Source: Octopus vulgaris
Taxonomy: Eukaryota
Direction: 5' to 3'
DNA: 64,000 nucleotides
NCBI GenBank assembly: GCA_951406725.2
Contig: OX597818.1
Span: 3,472,001-3,536,000, forward strand
Shown: piece by piece, positions 39,226 to 50,251 of the stretch
Layout of the letters: each line of letters starts with the position of its first letter
Numbering within the stretch: the stretch's first letter is position 1
The notes under the pieces: generated by a model
What the model was told of the DNA's origin: nothing
The model's database searches: none
What the model saw: only the letters and a program-made list of their open reading frames with translations
Made by a program: the position numbers and the translations under genes

Positions 39226-40399
39226 TAGAAATAACAATAAAATATAAAAATTAAGGTTGAAAGAAGATAAGTAAGTTAATGCAATATAAATGGCGCAATT
39301 ACAAGCAAAATGCAAAACTGAAATAAGGTTGCTTTGTTGCAGGAGGTGTAGAGGCAGTCAATAGGAGGAAGGGTTGTGTTTAGTCCGAAGGGGAATTACA
39401 ACCGTGTTTCGTGGTCTGCTACCACAACAGCTCCTTTATAGGATCCAGTTAGCTTAAGACATCATCAGGAGGAACCACGTCCGGTTTCGGCCCCTACTTC
39501 TCTACCGTTTTGACGTGCCCCCCCCTCCCTTTAGAAGGTGTCTTCAGCTTTGGTGTTGAGTGCATGTCTTCTGTCTTCTTTCTTCTGTTCCCTGGCCTCT
39601 TCGATTTATCGTCAGGAGTGTCAGCCGGTGACTGACTGACTTGTCAAATTTTTCCCTTTAAATACATGCCGCATAGTCTCCAGCAGGCAGCCCCAGCAAG
39701 TTGTCACGTGACACTGTCTCACCTTAACTGACTAGTGAAGGCCCGTAGTCTTAGCTCGCGCATTCTCTAAACGACCGTCACCTGTCAGTCAGCGAAGCTG
39801 ATTCAGTGTCAGCTTGTCTCACCTAGTGATGTTATTTCCCGCCGGCATTTTATGACTTTCAAGTCATTTTTGGTCTTCCCGCTTCAGCCATATATAGAAG
39901 CTGGCTTTTTCGACCGCCTCCTGTACTCTCCTTATTAGTTTTCTCAGCTCCGAACTAAAAAAAAACAAATCTTCTTTTGAATAGCGTTGTCATTTTCCTT
40001 ACAATGAAGCCTCCAGCCCCCACTGTCAAGTGGTAATACTCGACATTCCATCCCTGTTCCCTGCATTCTTCGATTAGTTTTTCGTACCTCTTCTTTCGTT
40101 CCTCTGCATTGCCGATGTTCTCTTCCCAAGTTACTGTCAGTTCTAGTAAAATTCCTATTCTCCGTTATCTGTTCCATAGGACTAAATCTGGTCTTTTGTC
40201 GTTTTTATTAGTGGAAATATTACTTGTCATTCCAAATCTGTGGCCATCTCCCAGTATCTCTTCCATCTTTCGTCTACCTCGTATATTTTACTTGTAGGAC
40301 TGGAATTATATTCTTTTCCCTCCTTGTGGAAGTATACTTTCCTGCGCTTTTCTACTTTTGGGTACTCTCCCCTATAGTACCTCTCGATCATCTTGAGTG

Positions 40400-40690
40400 T
40401 GTAGCAATATTGCTTCCTTCATTGCTATCTTCACTGTTTGAGAAAAATATTAAGAATGATCTCGTTTGAGATTACAAACATCTTTGGCTAGTTTAACCTT
40501 GTTGTGTCCACTGATCTGATTGGTTAGCATCTAAGCGCGGTCTGTCTCTCTACTTATTTCGCGCCAGTGTGTAAACTGACCAATCACGGCTTTCGGATAG
40601 GACCTTTCATTTGAGCCATCTTAACTCTCTAAATAGGCTGATCATCTCACTGTCTTTCGGTTTAAGTCTGTTGGAGTCGGACGTTATTTT
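40400..40690 (+). promoter_or_regulatory. Inward-facing Pol II promoter-like segment in the terminal repeat (mirrored at 48475-48764, minus)
   Basis: Two CCAAT boxes (ctgattggtt ~40516, gaccaatca ~40578), TAAATA at 40630, Inr-like tcact at ~40647, and DPE-like GGACG ~30 nt downstream in the LINE leader. Function is inferred. Confidence 0.45.
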
Positions 40691-40874
40691 TTGAGCGGAA
40701 GAGTGAAAAAAAGTGAAAAATTGTAGAAAGAGATGTAACGGGATCGAATCACGCAAGGCGCTTGTCGCTGCGTGTCGTTACTTTATAGGAGCGTTGACCC
40801 TCAGTCGACTTTTATTGGATATTTACCGTTGTTACCTTTATTGAAAGGAACTGCACGTGAGGGTAGGCCGAATT

Positions 40875-42130
40875 ATGGCCAGCCCGACGGCAGACCTAAG
40901 TGAGGCGAAAACGGCAAGCCGAGTAAACCAAAGCCCACGAAGAACGGCTAGCCAAATGGTTAGCCCAGAAAAAGAGGAAGAGCCGGAAATAATCGGCATA
41001 CCGCTTTTTTCGGACTCTGACGAAGGGAAGGAAAATGTGACAAAAAAAAAAGCTGCACGTTCGAAGGAACACTGATGTGCCGAGTCTGGCAAAAAAACAA
41101 CTCAATTTTGCAGAGGCAGCAGGCACAAAGGAGAAGAAAGATTGAGCTCTCAAACCTGGACGAGCTAAAAAAGGACATGAAAAAGGAGGGGTACGAAACA
41201 AAAATCGAACAGACAAAGGAAATACAAGAGGACGTTGAAAAGAAGACTATCATTTACAAAACGTATAAAAACAAGGAAAGGAGAATTGAATTCTCAGCAG
41301 AAGGGGAAGTGGAAGACTGTCTCAAGCCCATTTGGGACAAGGTGAAGTATATCGCAAGAGGAAAGAGATACGGAACTGTAAAGGTGAGGTTCAGGTCCGA
41401 GGAGGAGGCGAGACTTCACTCTATGAATCCACTCAGAACAGAAACGGTGACACTTTGGCCCGTCTATATGAGCAGAAGGATATCGAAAATAACAGTAGCA
41501 AACATCGAACCGGAGAAGATAGTGGCAGCAGTCACTTTGGGATTAGAAGAAAGGTTGGAAATAAGAGATGCCACGGTAGAAGAAACGAAGAAATGGAAAG
41601 GTCAAAAAGTGAAAATTATTTTGCAGGCGGAACCGGCCGCACTTGAAGAAATAAGCGAAATAATTGAAGTTGGTGACAACCGACTACCAGTGATGGTTGA
41701 GGGCCGACAGCCCAGGTGCTTCGCCTGTGGAAAAAGGGGCACCTGAAGAAAAGCTGTAAACCGGTGGAAGAAGGGAAAAAGACGCAAGAGTCTACTACCC
41801 CGGTAGTACAGCCGATAATAACACCCATACCAGAAGAAGGGAAGGGGTGGATGCAACCAAAAAAAACAAAAACATAAAAACCTCTCCCCGGAGAAAAAAA
41901 AAGCGAAAAAACGAGAGAGATAAAAAAAAGCGAAGAAGCCAGAGAAAGACAACCAAGTGTATGCAGCGATAAAATCTTCCAACAGGGAAATCATGAGGAG
42001 GATAGAAACGCACCATATAGAAGTGGAGACAGAGGAGGCAGGCGAATGGAGAAGCTACAGAATGGGGCAGAAGATGTTCAATCTATTGGTGAATGACTTC
42101 AGAAAGGATGTCTGCCCCTCGAGAATGAGT
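40875..42130 (+). pseudogene. Left-arm copy of Tx1 ORF1 (type A), truncated near its 3' end
   Basis: Nearly identical to 47050-48292 minus (KKDMKKEGYETK...GTVKVRF...VEGRQPRCFACGK). Homopolymer frameshifts are present. Confidence 0.9.
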
Positions 42131-42248
42131 TGTAGAAAGAGACGTAACGCGATCGAATCGCGCGAGGTGCTTGTCGATGCGTGTCGTTACTTTTTATAGA
42201 AGGAATGCTTGTCGTTACCTTTTATAGAAGGAGCGTCGACCCCCAGTC

Positions 42249-43139
42249 ATGGAGACTTACACGGGGGTTGCCGCAACGAAGAGTGGCTCGTCGCTTGTGA
42301 TAAGAGACGTGGCTTTCAAGAAGGAACAAATGAAGAAATATGAGAAATATGTAAAAAGGGAGTGTGAAAACGTCAAGCTGATCCCCCCCCAGCAGAAACA
42401 ACGGAGGAGAGAGACAACAAAATGATAATTTACAGGACACAGGACAAGAACACGAGGAAGCTAATGAGAGTACCGATAGAAGAGAAAGAAAAGTGTCTGG
42501 GTGACATAATGGATAAAGCAACGTATGTGAGCAGAGGGAAGAAATATGGTACAGTTGAAGTGAGGTGCGCAACAAGTGAAGAGGCGGCCTCGCTATCTTC
42601 CACTGTACTCAGAGCGGAAAATTTTATTATGTTACCTACCTACAAAGGGAGAAGGGGAGTAAGAGTCAAGATCCCAAATGTCGCACCGGAGATAAAGACG
42701 GAATGGCTGGTGACAGCCATTCTAGGGTCGGCCGAAGATGAAATAGAAGTGGGGTCGATCACAGAGACCAACATCGTAAACTGGAAGGGATTCGGTGTCG
42801 AGCTGTGGCTAATGGCCACAATAGAAGATATCGAGAGAATTCCCTTCCAGATAGAAGTGGAAAATGGAAGGACAATTGGCGTAATTGTAGAGGGAAGAAG
42901 ACCGAACTGTTACTCTCATTAGCTTTCTCGTGTTCTTGTCCTGTGTCCTGTAAATTATCATTTTGTTGTCTCTCTCTTCCGTTGTTTCTGCTGGGGGGGG
43001 GGGGGATCAGCTTGACGCTTTCACCCTCCCTTTTTACATATTTCTCATATTTCTTCATTTGTTCCTTCTTGAAAGCCACGTCTCTTATCACAAGCGACGA
43101 GCCACTCTTCGTTGCGGCAACCCCCGCGTAAATCTCCAT
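42249..43139. pseudogene. Two convergent partial copies of a paralogous ORF1 (type B): 42249-42918 (+) and 43139-42911 (-)
   Basis: MIIYRT...YVSRGKKYGTVEVR...IVEGRRPNCY is homologous to but diverged from type A. The copies join at the tactctc microhomology (~42911-42917). Confidence 0.85.
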
Positions 43140-43583
43140 GACTGGGGGTCGACGCTCCTTCTATAAAAGGTAACGACAAGCGTTCCTTCTATAAAAAGTA
43201 ACGACACGCATCGACAAGCACCTCGCTCGATTCGATCGCATTACGTCTCTTTCTACAACTTTTCACCCTTTTTCACTCTTCCGCTCAAAAAATAACGTCC
43301 GACTCCAACAGACTTAAGCCGAAAGACTATTTCTTTATTACCCACAAGGAGCCAACATAGAGGGAGACAGTACAGCATGATTGGGGTCATGTTAAAACAA
43401 TGATGTAAAACATTAAATGATGGTAAAAATACAATAAAATTTCAATTAAATCGAAAATCGAATGTTACACATTTGACAAAACAACACAAAAAGGACGCAT
43501 GAAGCAGAAAAAAAAACAGGATTGCCGACCCCACGAGCCCTGTTTTTCCCAACTGAAACCTTGGTAGCTGACTTACGGCGTGT

Positions 43584-46500
43584 TCATGCAGTGACTTTCA
43601 CTCCCAGCAACCGTGCAACACACTTCCATTTTTTTTGAAACTTGCATACTGACAGACACCTTTTCTCTAACTCAACCTTTCTTTTTAGGTGGAACTTAAA
43701 GAAGTTCATCAAGGCGAGGCCAGAGATCATGGTGTCTGTCATTATACCTTTCGTTCTGGTTTTCCATATAATCTCTTTCGCGACTGCTACTATGATGAGA
43801 AAGCAATGCTTACCTTCGTTTGTCAAGAAACTAGGCGAGTCAATTTTTAGAATTGTCTCAGCCGATAGCTGTACTCTTCTTCCGTCCGACAACAGGTGTT
43901 CTGCATAAACCCACACGTCCGAAATTTTCGGGCACTGAACAATAGCGTGCAGGGCTGTTTCCACATCCCGCTCGCATCTTGGACAGTTCGATGGTCCATC
44001 GTGACCATGTCTTGTGAGCTTATCCCGAACGGGTAAGGCTCCTCTGTAACATTGCCAGGCCAAAGACTTCTGAAAGTTATCCAGCGTGCTCGGTCCGAAT
44101 GTCCTTTGGAACAGGCTGTCTAACTGATTATTATCGAGACCCAAGGTCCTTCCCAGGGCATCGTCATTTCCGGCCTCTACCAACCTACTATAAAAGGCTG
44201 CGGTGGTACCAAAGCCATCGGCATTGCCCGACTTGCGGAAGTGGGAGAGGGCCTTACGGCACTGTGAATACCACATGCTCGACCTAAGTCTGCGACGATA
44301 CCAAGTTTCTTTACCACCAAAACTGAAGAACACCTGCCTCGCGAGCGGAGACCATAACCCGTTCACCATCCAGGTAGAGCCAAAGACGCCTCAACCTCAG
44401 CGCATGTCTGCGCATCAACAGCCAAGGCATCCCTAAGCCACCCTTTAACGGCTTCTGACAGCAAATAGAACGTCTCACAAGAGGAGGGTTACCCTTCCAC
44501 AAAAAGTGAAAGATTTGCCTCTCCAACTTGCTTAACCACGAATCAGGACAAGGAACGACGGTTAGGCGGTAAGTGATGACCGATGCTATAAACACATTGG
44601 CCACCTCCGCCCTCCCTTTCAAGGATAGCCACCGCCAAAACCAAGTCTTGACCGCGTGAGCTACCTTGCTCGTCACCTCCGACCAGTTCTTTTCTATCTG
44701 GAGATCTGGACCAAACCAGATCCCTAGCAATTTAACCGAGCCCTCCGTCCAGCATCCCACGATGCTATTCGAAGGCATCGACTTGCCCCTCCAGGTGCCG
44801 AGTTGCAAGCCGACTGACTTTTCCCGATTAATTTTTGCTCCTGTCACCGTCTTGTAAGCCTTGATGGTATCTCCCACATTCTGTAGGAGTTCCACCTTGG
44901 TCACGATGATGGTGATGTCGTCCGCATACGCTGTAACAGATCCTCCACCTCCTGGATTCGTCGGGATGGCACTCAGCTTTCGCAGTAATGGCTCGAGAGC
45001 CATCACATATAAAAGCGGGGAGAGCGGACACCCTTGACGGACTGACCATTTGATGCGGAACGGCTTCGAAAGGAAGCCATTCACCTGAACGATCGAGTCG
45101 ATGTTGTCTTTCAACTATATAATCCACCTGAGAAAACCAATGCCCAGACCGAACTGTGCAAGCACAGATACCAGGTACCGATGGTTCACCCTATCGAAGG
45201 CTTTACTCTGGTCTAAATGGACCAGTGCCCCACCTTTGCCAGAATTGTTCCAGAACCCTTCTATGGTGTAGCGTATAAGGTGAAGATTATCCTAAATGGT
45301 CCTTCCGGGGACCGCACAAGTTTGTGCTTCCCCGATTAGGCCATCCGCGACACGCGTCAAACTTTTCGCTACACCTTGGCCAAAATCTTCACCTCTGCAT
45401 TCAGCAGGGTGATGGGCCTGAAGTTGTCTATTCTATCCCCCTTGCTCGAGTCCTTTCTGATCAGCGTCACCACTCCTCGGCGCACAGATATGGAAATGAA
45501 CCCATTCTGCCGCAAGTTCGCGAAAACGCCGGCCAGTACGTACCCGAACAAGTCTGGCATATTGTTATATAGTTCGTAGGGCAAACCTCCGCCGCAGTCG
45601 GCCATGGCTTCAGCTACCTCCTCAGGCGAGATTGACCCTTCACAGCTCTCCGCGTCCTGCCCCGACAGGCGCGGTAGCCCGGCGAGGAGGTCCGTAAGGT
45701 CCGTCCTCTCACCCGGTCCGCCGTTGCTCCCGAAAAGCCGGGCGAAGTGCTCCTGAAACGTCCGACACATCTCCTCTGGTTCGGTTACCACATCGCCTTG
45801 TTCGTTCGTCACAGACTTGATTGTGGAATCGTTTCCACGTTGAGCTTCCACAACTCGTGCCCATCCGGCAGCCCTAATACCCTCGCACCCCATTGCGCGG
45901 ATTCTAGCTCTGACGATACAACCCATGTTTGGCTTCGAGGTGTTGGTTTAATTTCAGTCTCTTCAGCCTAACCTGGGCCTCATCGCCAGATCTCATGGCT
46001 TCCTCTAAGGCCTTAACTAACCTCATTTCTTTTCTACGCCCACTAGCTACTAGTCCTATGCTGTATCTAATGGACTCGTATTTAATGGCTCTCTTGAGGG
46101 CGTACCACCATTTGTTGTTAATAATGGAACCGGTCAACGCCCTCTGAATTAATAACTTAATCTGGCTTCTGAAATCCTCAATAGCCAAAAGGGACTTATT
46201 GAGTTTCCAGTTACCGGATCCCTTTCTACATAACTTATCTAGGTGCAGTTTGCCAGTGACCATCTTGTGATCACTGTAACTGACCGAGTGAAGCTGTGGA
46301 CGCTTAACTATGTCTTTATCTATTTTTCTAATAAGAATTCTATCTATATAAGACCTGACAGACCCGTCGCTATTTGACCACGTCCACTGTGGAGCGTTCG
46401 GGAATTCAAGTCTGTAGGGATCTACCAGCTGAAAGCGACTAAGTAGATCCCGGAAGCCACTGTTTGGTTTCCTATCTTTAGAGTCAACGCTATCGACACG

Positions 46501-46936
46501 CGCAACGACTATAGCGTTAAAGTCCCCTAGCATGACTATGGATTTTGACGTGCCAAGAAACTTCTCCAGGTCTCAAAAAAAATCAGTCTGACGCGAATTG
46601 GGTGCGTACATCGCCACCCGCATGATTTCCTTACCACAACTGAACGTCAGATCTAAGACGACCAGCCTACCTTCTGAGTCAGGAAAAATTAACTTTTTCC
46701 CCCGAGACTCGATTTCTTTTAAGCAGGACCAACACCCCACTCCCGCCACCTCGCCGGCCAGGAGGAATAAATTTCTCGTAGCCATCCAGGAGCGGGAGTA
46801 GATCTCTTGGCCCTTCCACTCGAGTCTCAGTAGCGACAACATCTAAATTCTGCGACCTGATATCATTTAGGAAACGCCCCTGTTTCCAGTTCGATATCAG
46901 GCCGCGTACATTCAAACAACGTACATGAACTGCCAT
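43584..46936 (-). pseudogene. Tx1-type ORF2 (AP endonuclease + RT + CCHC finger), multiple frameshifts
   Basis: CLNVRGL, LGDFN, IDRIL, SDH; RPITLLNAEVKILAK, LDQSKAFDRVNH, SVRQGCPLSPLL, AYADD, KLLGI, KGGLG; CPRC..ETALHAIVQC. Confidence 0.92.
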
Positions 46937-46943
46937 AATTCAC

Positions 46944-48292
46944 CTATCTTGTTTCATCTGGGTCCGGTCGACGGGGGGAGCCCGTCCCTTCTGCTTCTTG
47001 GGCCCGTGGACTCGGCAAGTTGTCTGCGTCCTTTTTAGCATCCTCTGCACTCATTCTCGAGGGGCAGACATCCTTTCTGAAGTCATTCACCAATAGATTG
47101 AACATCTTCTGCCCCATTCTGTAGCTTCTCCATTCGCCTGCCTCCTCTGTCTCTACTTCTTCTATATGGTGCGTTTCTATCCTCCTCATGATTTTATCGC
47201 TGCATACACTTGGTTGTCTTTCTCTGGCTTCTTCGCTTTTTTTATCTCTCTCGTTTTTTCACTTTTATTTTCTCCGGGGAGAGGTTTTTATGTTTTTGTT
47301 TTTTTGGTTGCATCCACCCCTCCCCTTCTTCTGGTATGGGTGTTATTATCGGCTGTACTACCGGGGTAGTAGACTCTTGCGTCTTTTTCCCTTCTTCCAC
47401 CGGTTTACAGTTTTTCTTCAGGTGCCCCTTTTTTCCACAGGCGAAGCACCTGGGCTGTCGGCCCTCAACCATCACTGGTAGTCGGTTGTCACCAACTTCA
47501 ATTATTTCGCTTATTTCTTCAAGTGCGGCCGGTTCCGCCTGCAAAATAATTTTCACTTTTTGACCTTTCCATTTCTTCGTTTCTTCCACCGTGGCATCTC
47601 TTATTTCCAACCTTTCTTCTAATCCCAAAGTGACTGCTGCCACTATCTTTTCCGGTTCGATGTTTGCTACTGTTATTTTCGATATCCTTCTGCCCATATA
47701 GACGGGCCAAAGTGTCACCGTTTCTGTTCTGAGTGGATTCATAGAGTGAAGTCTCGCCTCCTCCTCGGACCTGAACCTCACCTTTACAGTTCCGTATCTC
47801 TTTCCTCTTGCGATATACTTCACCTTGTCCCAAATGGGCTTGAGACAGTCTTCCACTTCCCCTTCTGCTGAGAATTCAATTCTCCTTTCCTTGTTTTTAT
47901 ACGTTTTGTAAATGATAGTCTTCTTTTCAACGTCCTCTTGTATTTCCTTTGTCTGTTCGATTTTTGTTTCGTACCCCTCCTTTTTCATGTCCTTTTTTAG
48001 CTCGTCCAGGTTTGAGAGCTCAATCTTCTTCTCCTTTGTGCCTGCTGCCTCTGCAAAATTGAGTTGTTTTTTTGCCAGACTCGGCACATCAGTGTTCCTT
48101 CGAACGTGCAGCTTTTTTTTTTTTTGTCACATTTTCCTTCCCTTCGTCAGAGTCCGAAAAAAGCGGTATGCCGATTATTTCCGGCTCTTCCTCTTTTTCT
48201 GGGCTAACCATTTGGCTAGCCGTTCTTCGTGGGCTTTGGTTTACTCGGCTTGCCGTTTTCGCCTCACTTAGGTCTGCCGTCGGGCTGGCCAT
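46944..48292 (-). pseudogene. Tx1-type ORF1 (RRM-like region + CCHC knuckle), frameshifted
   Basis: Zinc knuckle CFACGKKGHLKKNC, a basic C-terminus, and position immediately upstream of ORF2. Confidence 0.85.
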
Positions 48293-49246
48293 AATTCGGC
48301 CTACCCTCACGTGCAGTTCCTTTCAATAAAGGTAACAACGGTAAATATCCAATAAAAGTCGACTGAGGGTCAACGCTCCTATAAAGTAACGACACGCAGC
48401 GACAAGCGCCTTGCGTGATTCGATCCCGTTACATCTCTTTCTACAATTTTTCACTTTTTTTCACTCTTCCGCTCAAAAAATAACGTCCGACTCCAACAGA
48501 CTTAAACCGAAAGACAGTGAGATGATCAGCCTATTTAGAGAGTTAAGATGGCTCAAATGAAAGGTCCTATCCGAAAGCCGTGATTGGTCAGTTTACACAC
48601 TGGCGCGAAATAAGTAGAGAGACAGACCGCGCTTAGATGCTAACCAATCAGATCAATGGACACAAGGTTAAACTAGCCAAAGATGTTTGTAATCTCAAAC
48701 GAGATCATTCTTAATATTTTTCTCAAACAGTGAAGATAGCAATCAAGAAAGCAATATTGCTCCAAGTGCTACGCTTATGACGCCGATGACTTGATTATGC
48801 CGCCATGTATATCTTTCTAGTGCTAGTCTGCAATTTGACAGAACATGTCTAACCGTCGTTTGTGGGCTAGGTTAGAAATCCCTATCTTAAAAGGTGTGGT
48901 TACTAGGGCAAAAAATGCACATTTTGACAAGTCTTCTCTCATTCTCTTATCTGCCTGTCTTCCTCCATCTCTCTTTCCTCCCTTCCTTTCAATTTCTCTC
49001 TATAACGTCGTTTGACAGTGTCTACTATCTTTCCCTCGCCGCCTTCACTCTTTCTTCCACATCCTATATATATATCTCTCTCTAAGTCTGTCTGCATTCA
49101 TAGAGAGAATTATTATCGCTACCAGCACCACACAATCATGAGAACAAATATTATGAATCAGATATTTATTGGGTTAATTTATATATGTGTGTGTTCTATA
49201 TATAAATATGTATATATAATGTATATATACAAAGTGTATATATCTG

Positions 49247-49293
<47 letters not shown>

Positions 49294-49329
49294 ATATATA
49301 ATGCTATAATGCGTGTATATGTACATATA

Positions 49330-50251
49330 TATATATAATGCGTATATATATATAATGCGTATATATATATAATGTGTGCGTTATGTGCTCGGTTGAGCTG
49401 AAAATATGTACACCTATGTTAAAAGTGCTGGCGAGTTGACATGGCAACTATTTTTTTACTCAAATGAAAGGCGTGACATCTAGGACAAAATTCCTCATCT
49501 TATAAAATGTGGCCCGAGTAGACCCGAATGAAATCGGGTTATATTAACCAAAATGTGAAAAGGGGTCTAAATGGGGCTGGAAGGGGATTAAAATTTACTG
49601 GAGCGGGTGTTTAGGAATACTCTGTTACATCAAGCTAAAAAATTTGCGCCAGCCTTTAAATCTTCAATGTGTTGCTGTCCATGATGAAGAAGTTTTGAAT
49701 GCTTGCCATGGTGAGTCTACTGTCGTGAGAAAGAATCACTTCAAACCTTGGTGTTTACAAATTTTCTTTTACATCAAGTTCAAAATTTTACGCCAGCCGT
49801 TAAACTGCCACTACGTTGCTGTCCGTCGTTAAGAAATGCTAGCTATGGTGACTCTACTATCCTCAGATTCTATCCCTTCAAACTTTGGTTTCCAATATTT
49901 TATTATTTTTATTCAGCTCGCAAGTTCGTCTGTCCCTTTTAAATGTTAGTGTTTTGCTGTCTGCCTTGAAGCAGACCTTTCCGTTGTCACTGCCTGATAT
50001 TTATGATTGATCTTTCAAAATATTTTCTTTCTCAACTTACTCAAGATCTTTTATTGTTTATAAATGGGAGATAGATAGATAAAGACAGAGAGTAAGAGAA
50101 AGCGAGGGAGAGTCCGAGAGAAAGGAAGAGTAAGAGAGTGGGAAAGTGAGAGAGAAAGGAGAGAGAAACAAAGAGGGAGAATGTGGTGATAAAAAACAGA
50201 AAGTAACAACCACACTCTTACCCGCGCGTAGAGCGGGTCACTTTAAGCTAG
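49330..50251 (+). mobile_element. Non-autonomous Helitron
   Basis: 3' hairpin acccgc-gcgtaga-gcgggt (50220-50238) followed after 9 nt by CTAG|T. Internal ~100-bp subrepeats (aaatttgcgccagcc / aaattttacgccagcc). The 5' end is obscured in (TA)n. Confidence 0.75.

Larger units (their letters stand above)
43328..48515 (-). mobile_element. Full-length Tx1/L1-clade LINE (~5.2 kb): 5' leader, ORF1, ORF2, 3' UTR
   Basis: The leader starts gtctttcgg at 48515. ORF1 is 48292-46944 and ORF2 is 46936-43584. The 3' end reads ...ccttgtgggtaataaagaaata. Confidence 0.92.
40400..48764. mobile_element. 8,365-bp composite fold-back element with TG...CA inverted termini, 4-bp TSD (AGTG) and Tx1-LINE-derived arms
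   Basis: Left junction cttg-AGTG|tgtagcaatattgct; right junction agcaatattgctcca|AGTG-ctacgc. The empty site cttgAGTGctgcgc is seen in HERO copy 1 (~1355-1368). Inverted arms are 40400-42130 vs 47050-48764 and 42128-42472 vs 42911-43260. Confidence 0.9.

Noticed and set aside
40652-40705. LINE leader as an snRNA or spliced-leader target (Sm-like ttattttttga)
   Set aside because: I see no similarity to U1, U2, U4, U5, U7 or SL RNAs beyond the U-tract. An Rfam search would be needed to revive the idea.
40400-42130. Left arm as an assembly fold-back artefact
   Set aside because: The arms differ by substitutions and a 16-bp indel, both outer junctions rejoin the HERO sequence exactly, and there is a 4-bp TSD.
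40400-48764. DIRS-like or LTR-retrotransposon interpretation of the inverted-repeat element
   Set aside because: The coding content is APE + non-LTR RT with no tyrosine recombinase, RNase H, protease or integrase. The repeats are inverted rather than direct, and a TSD is present.
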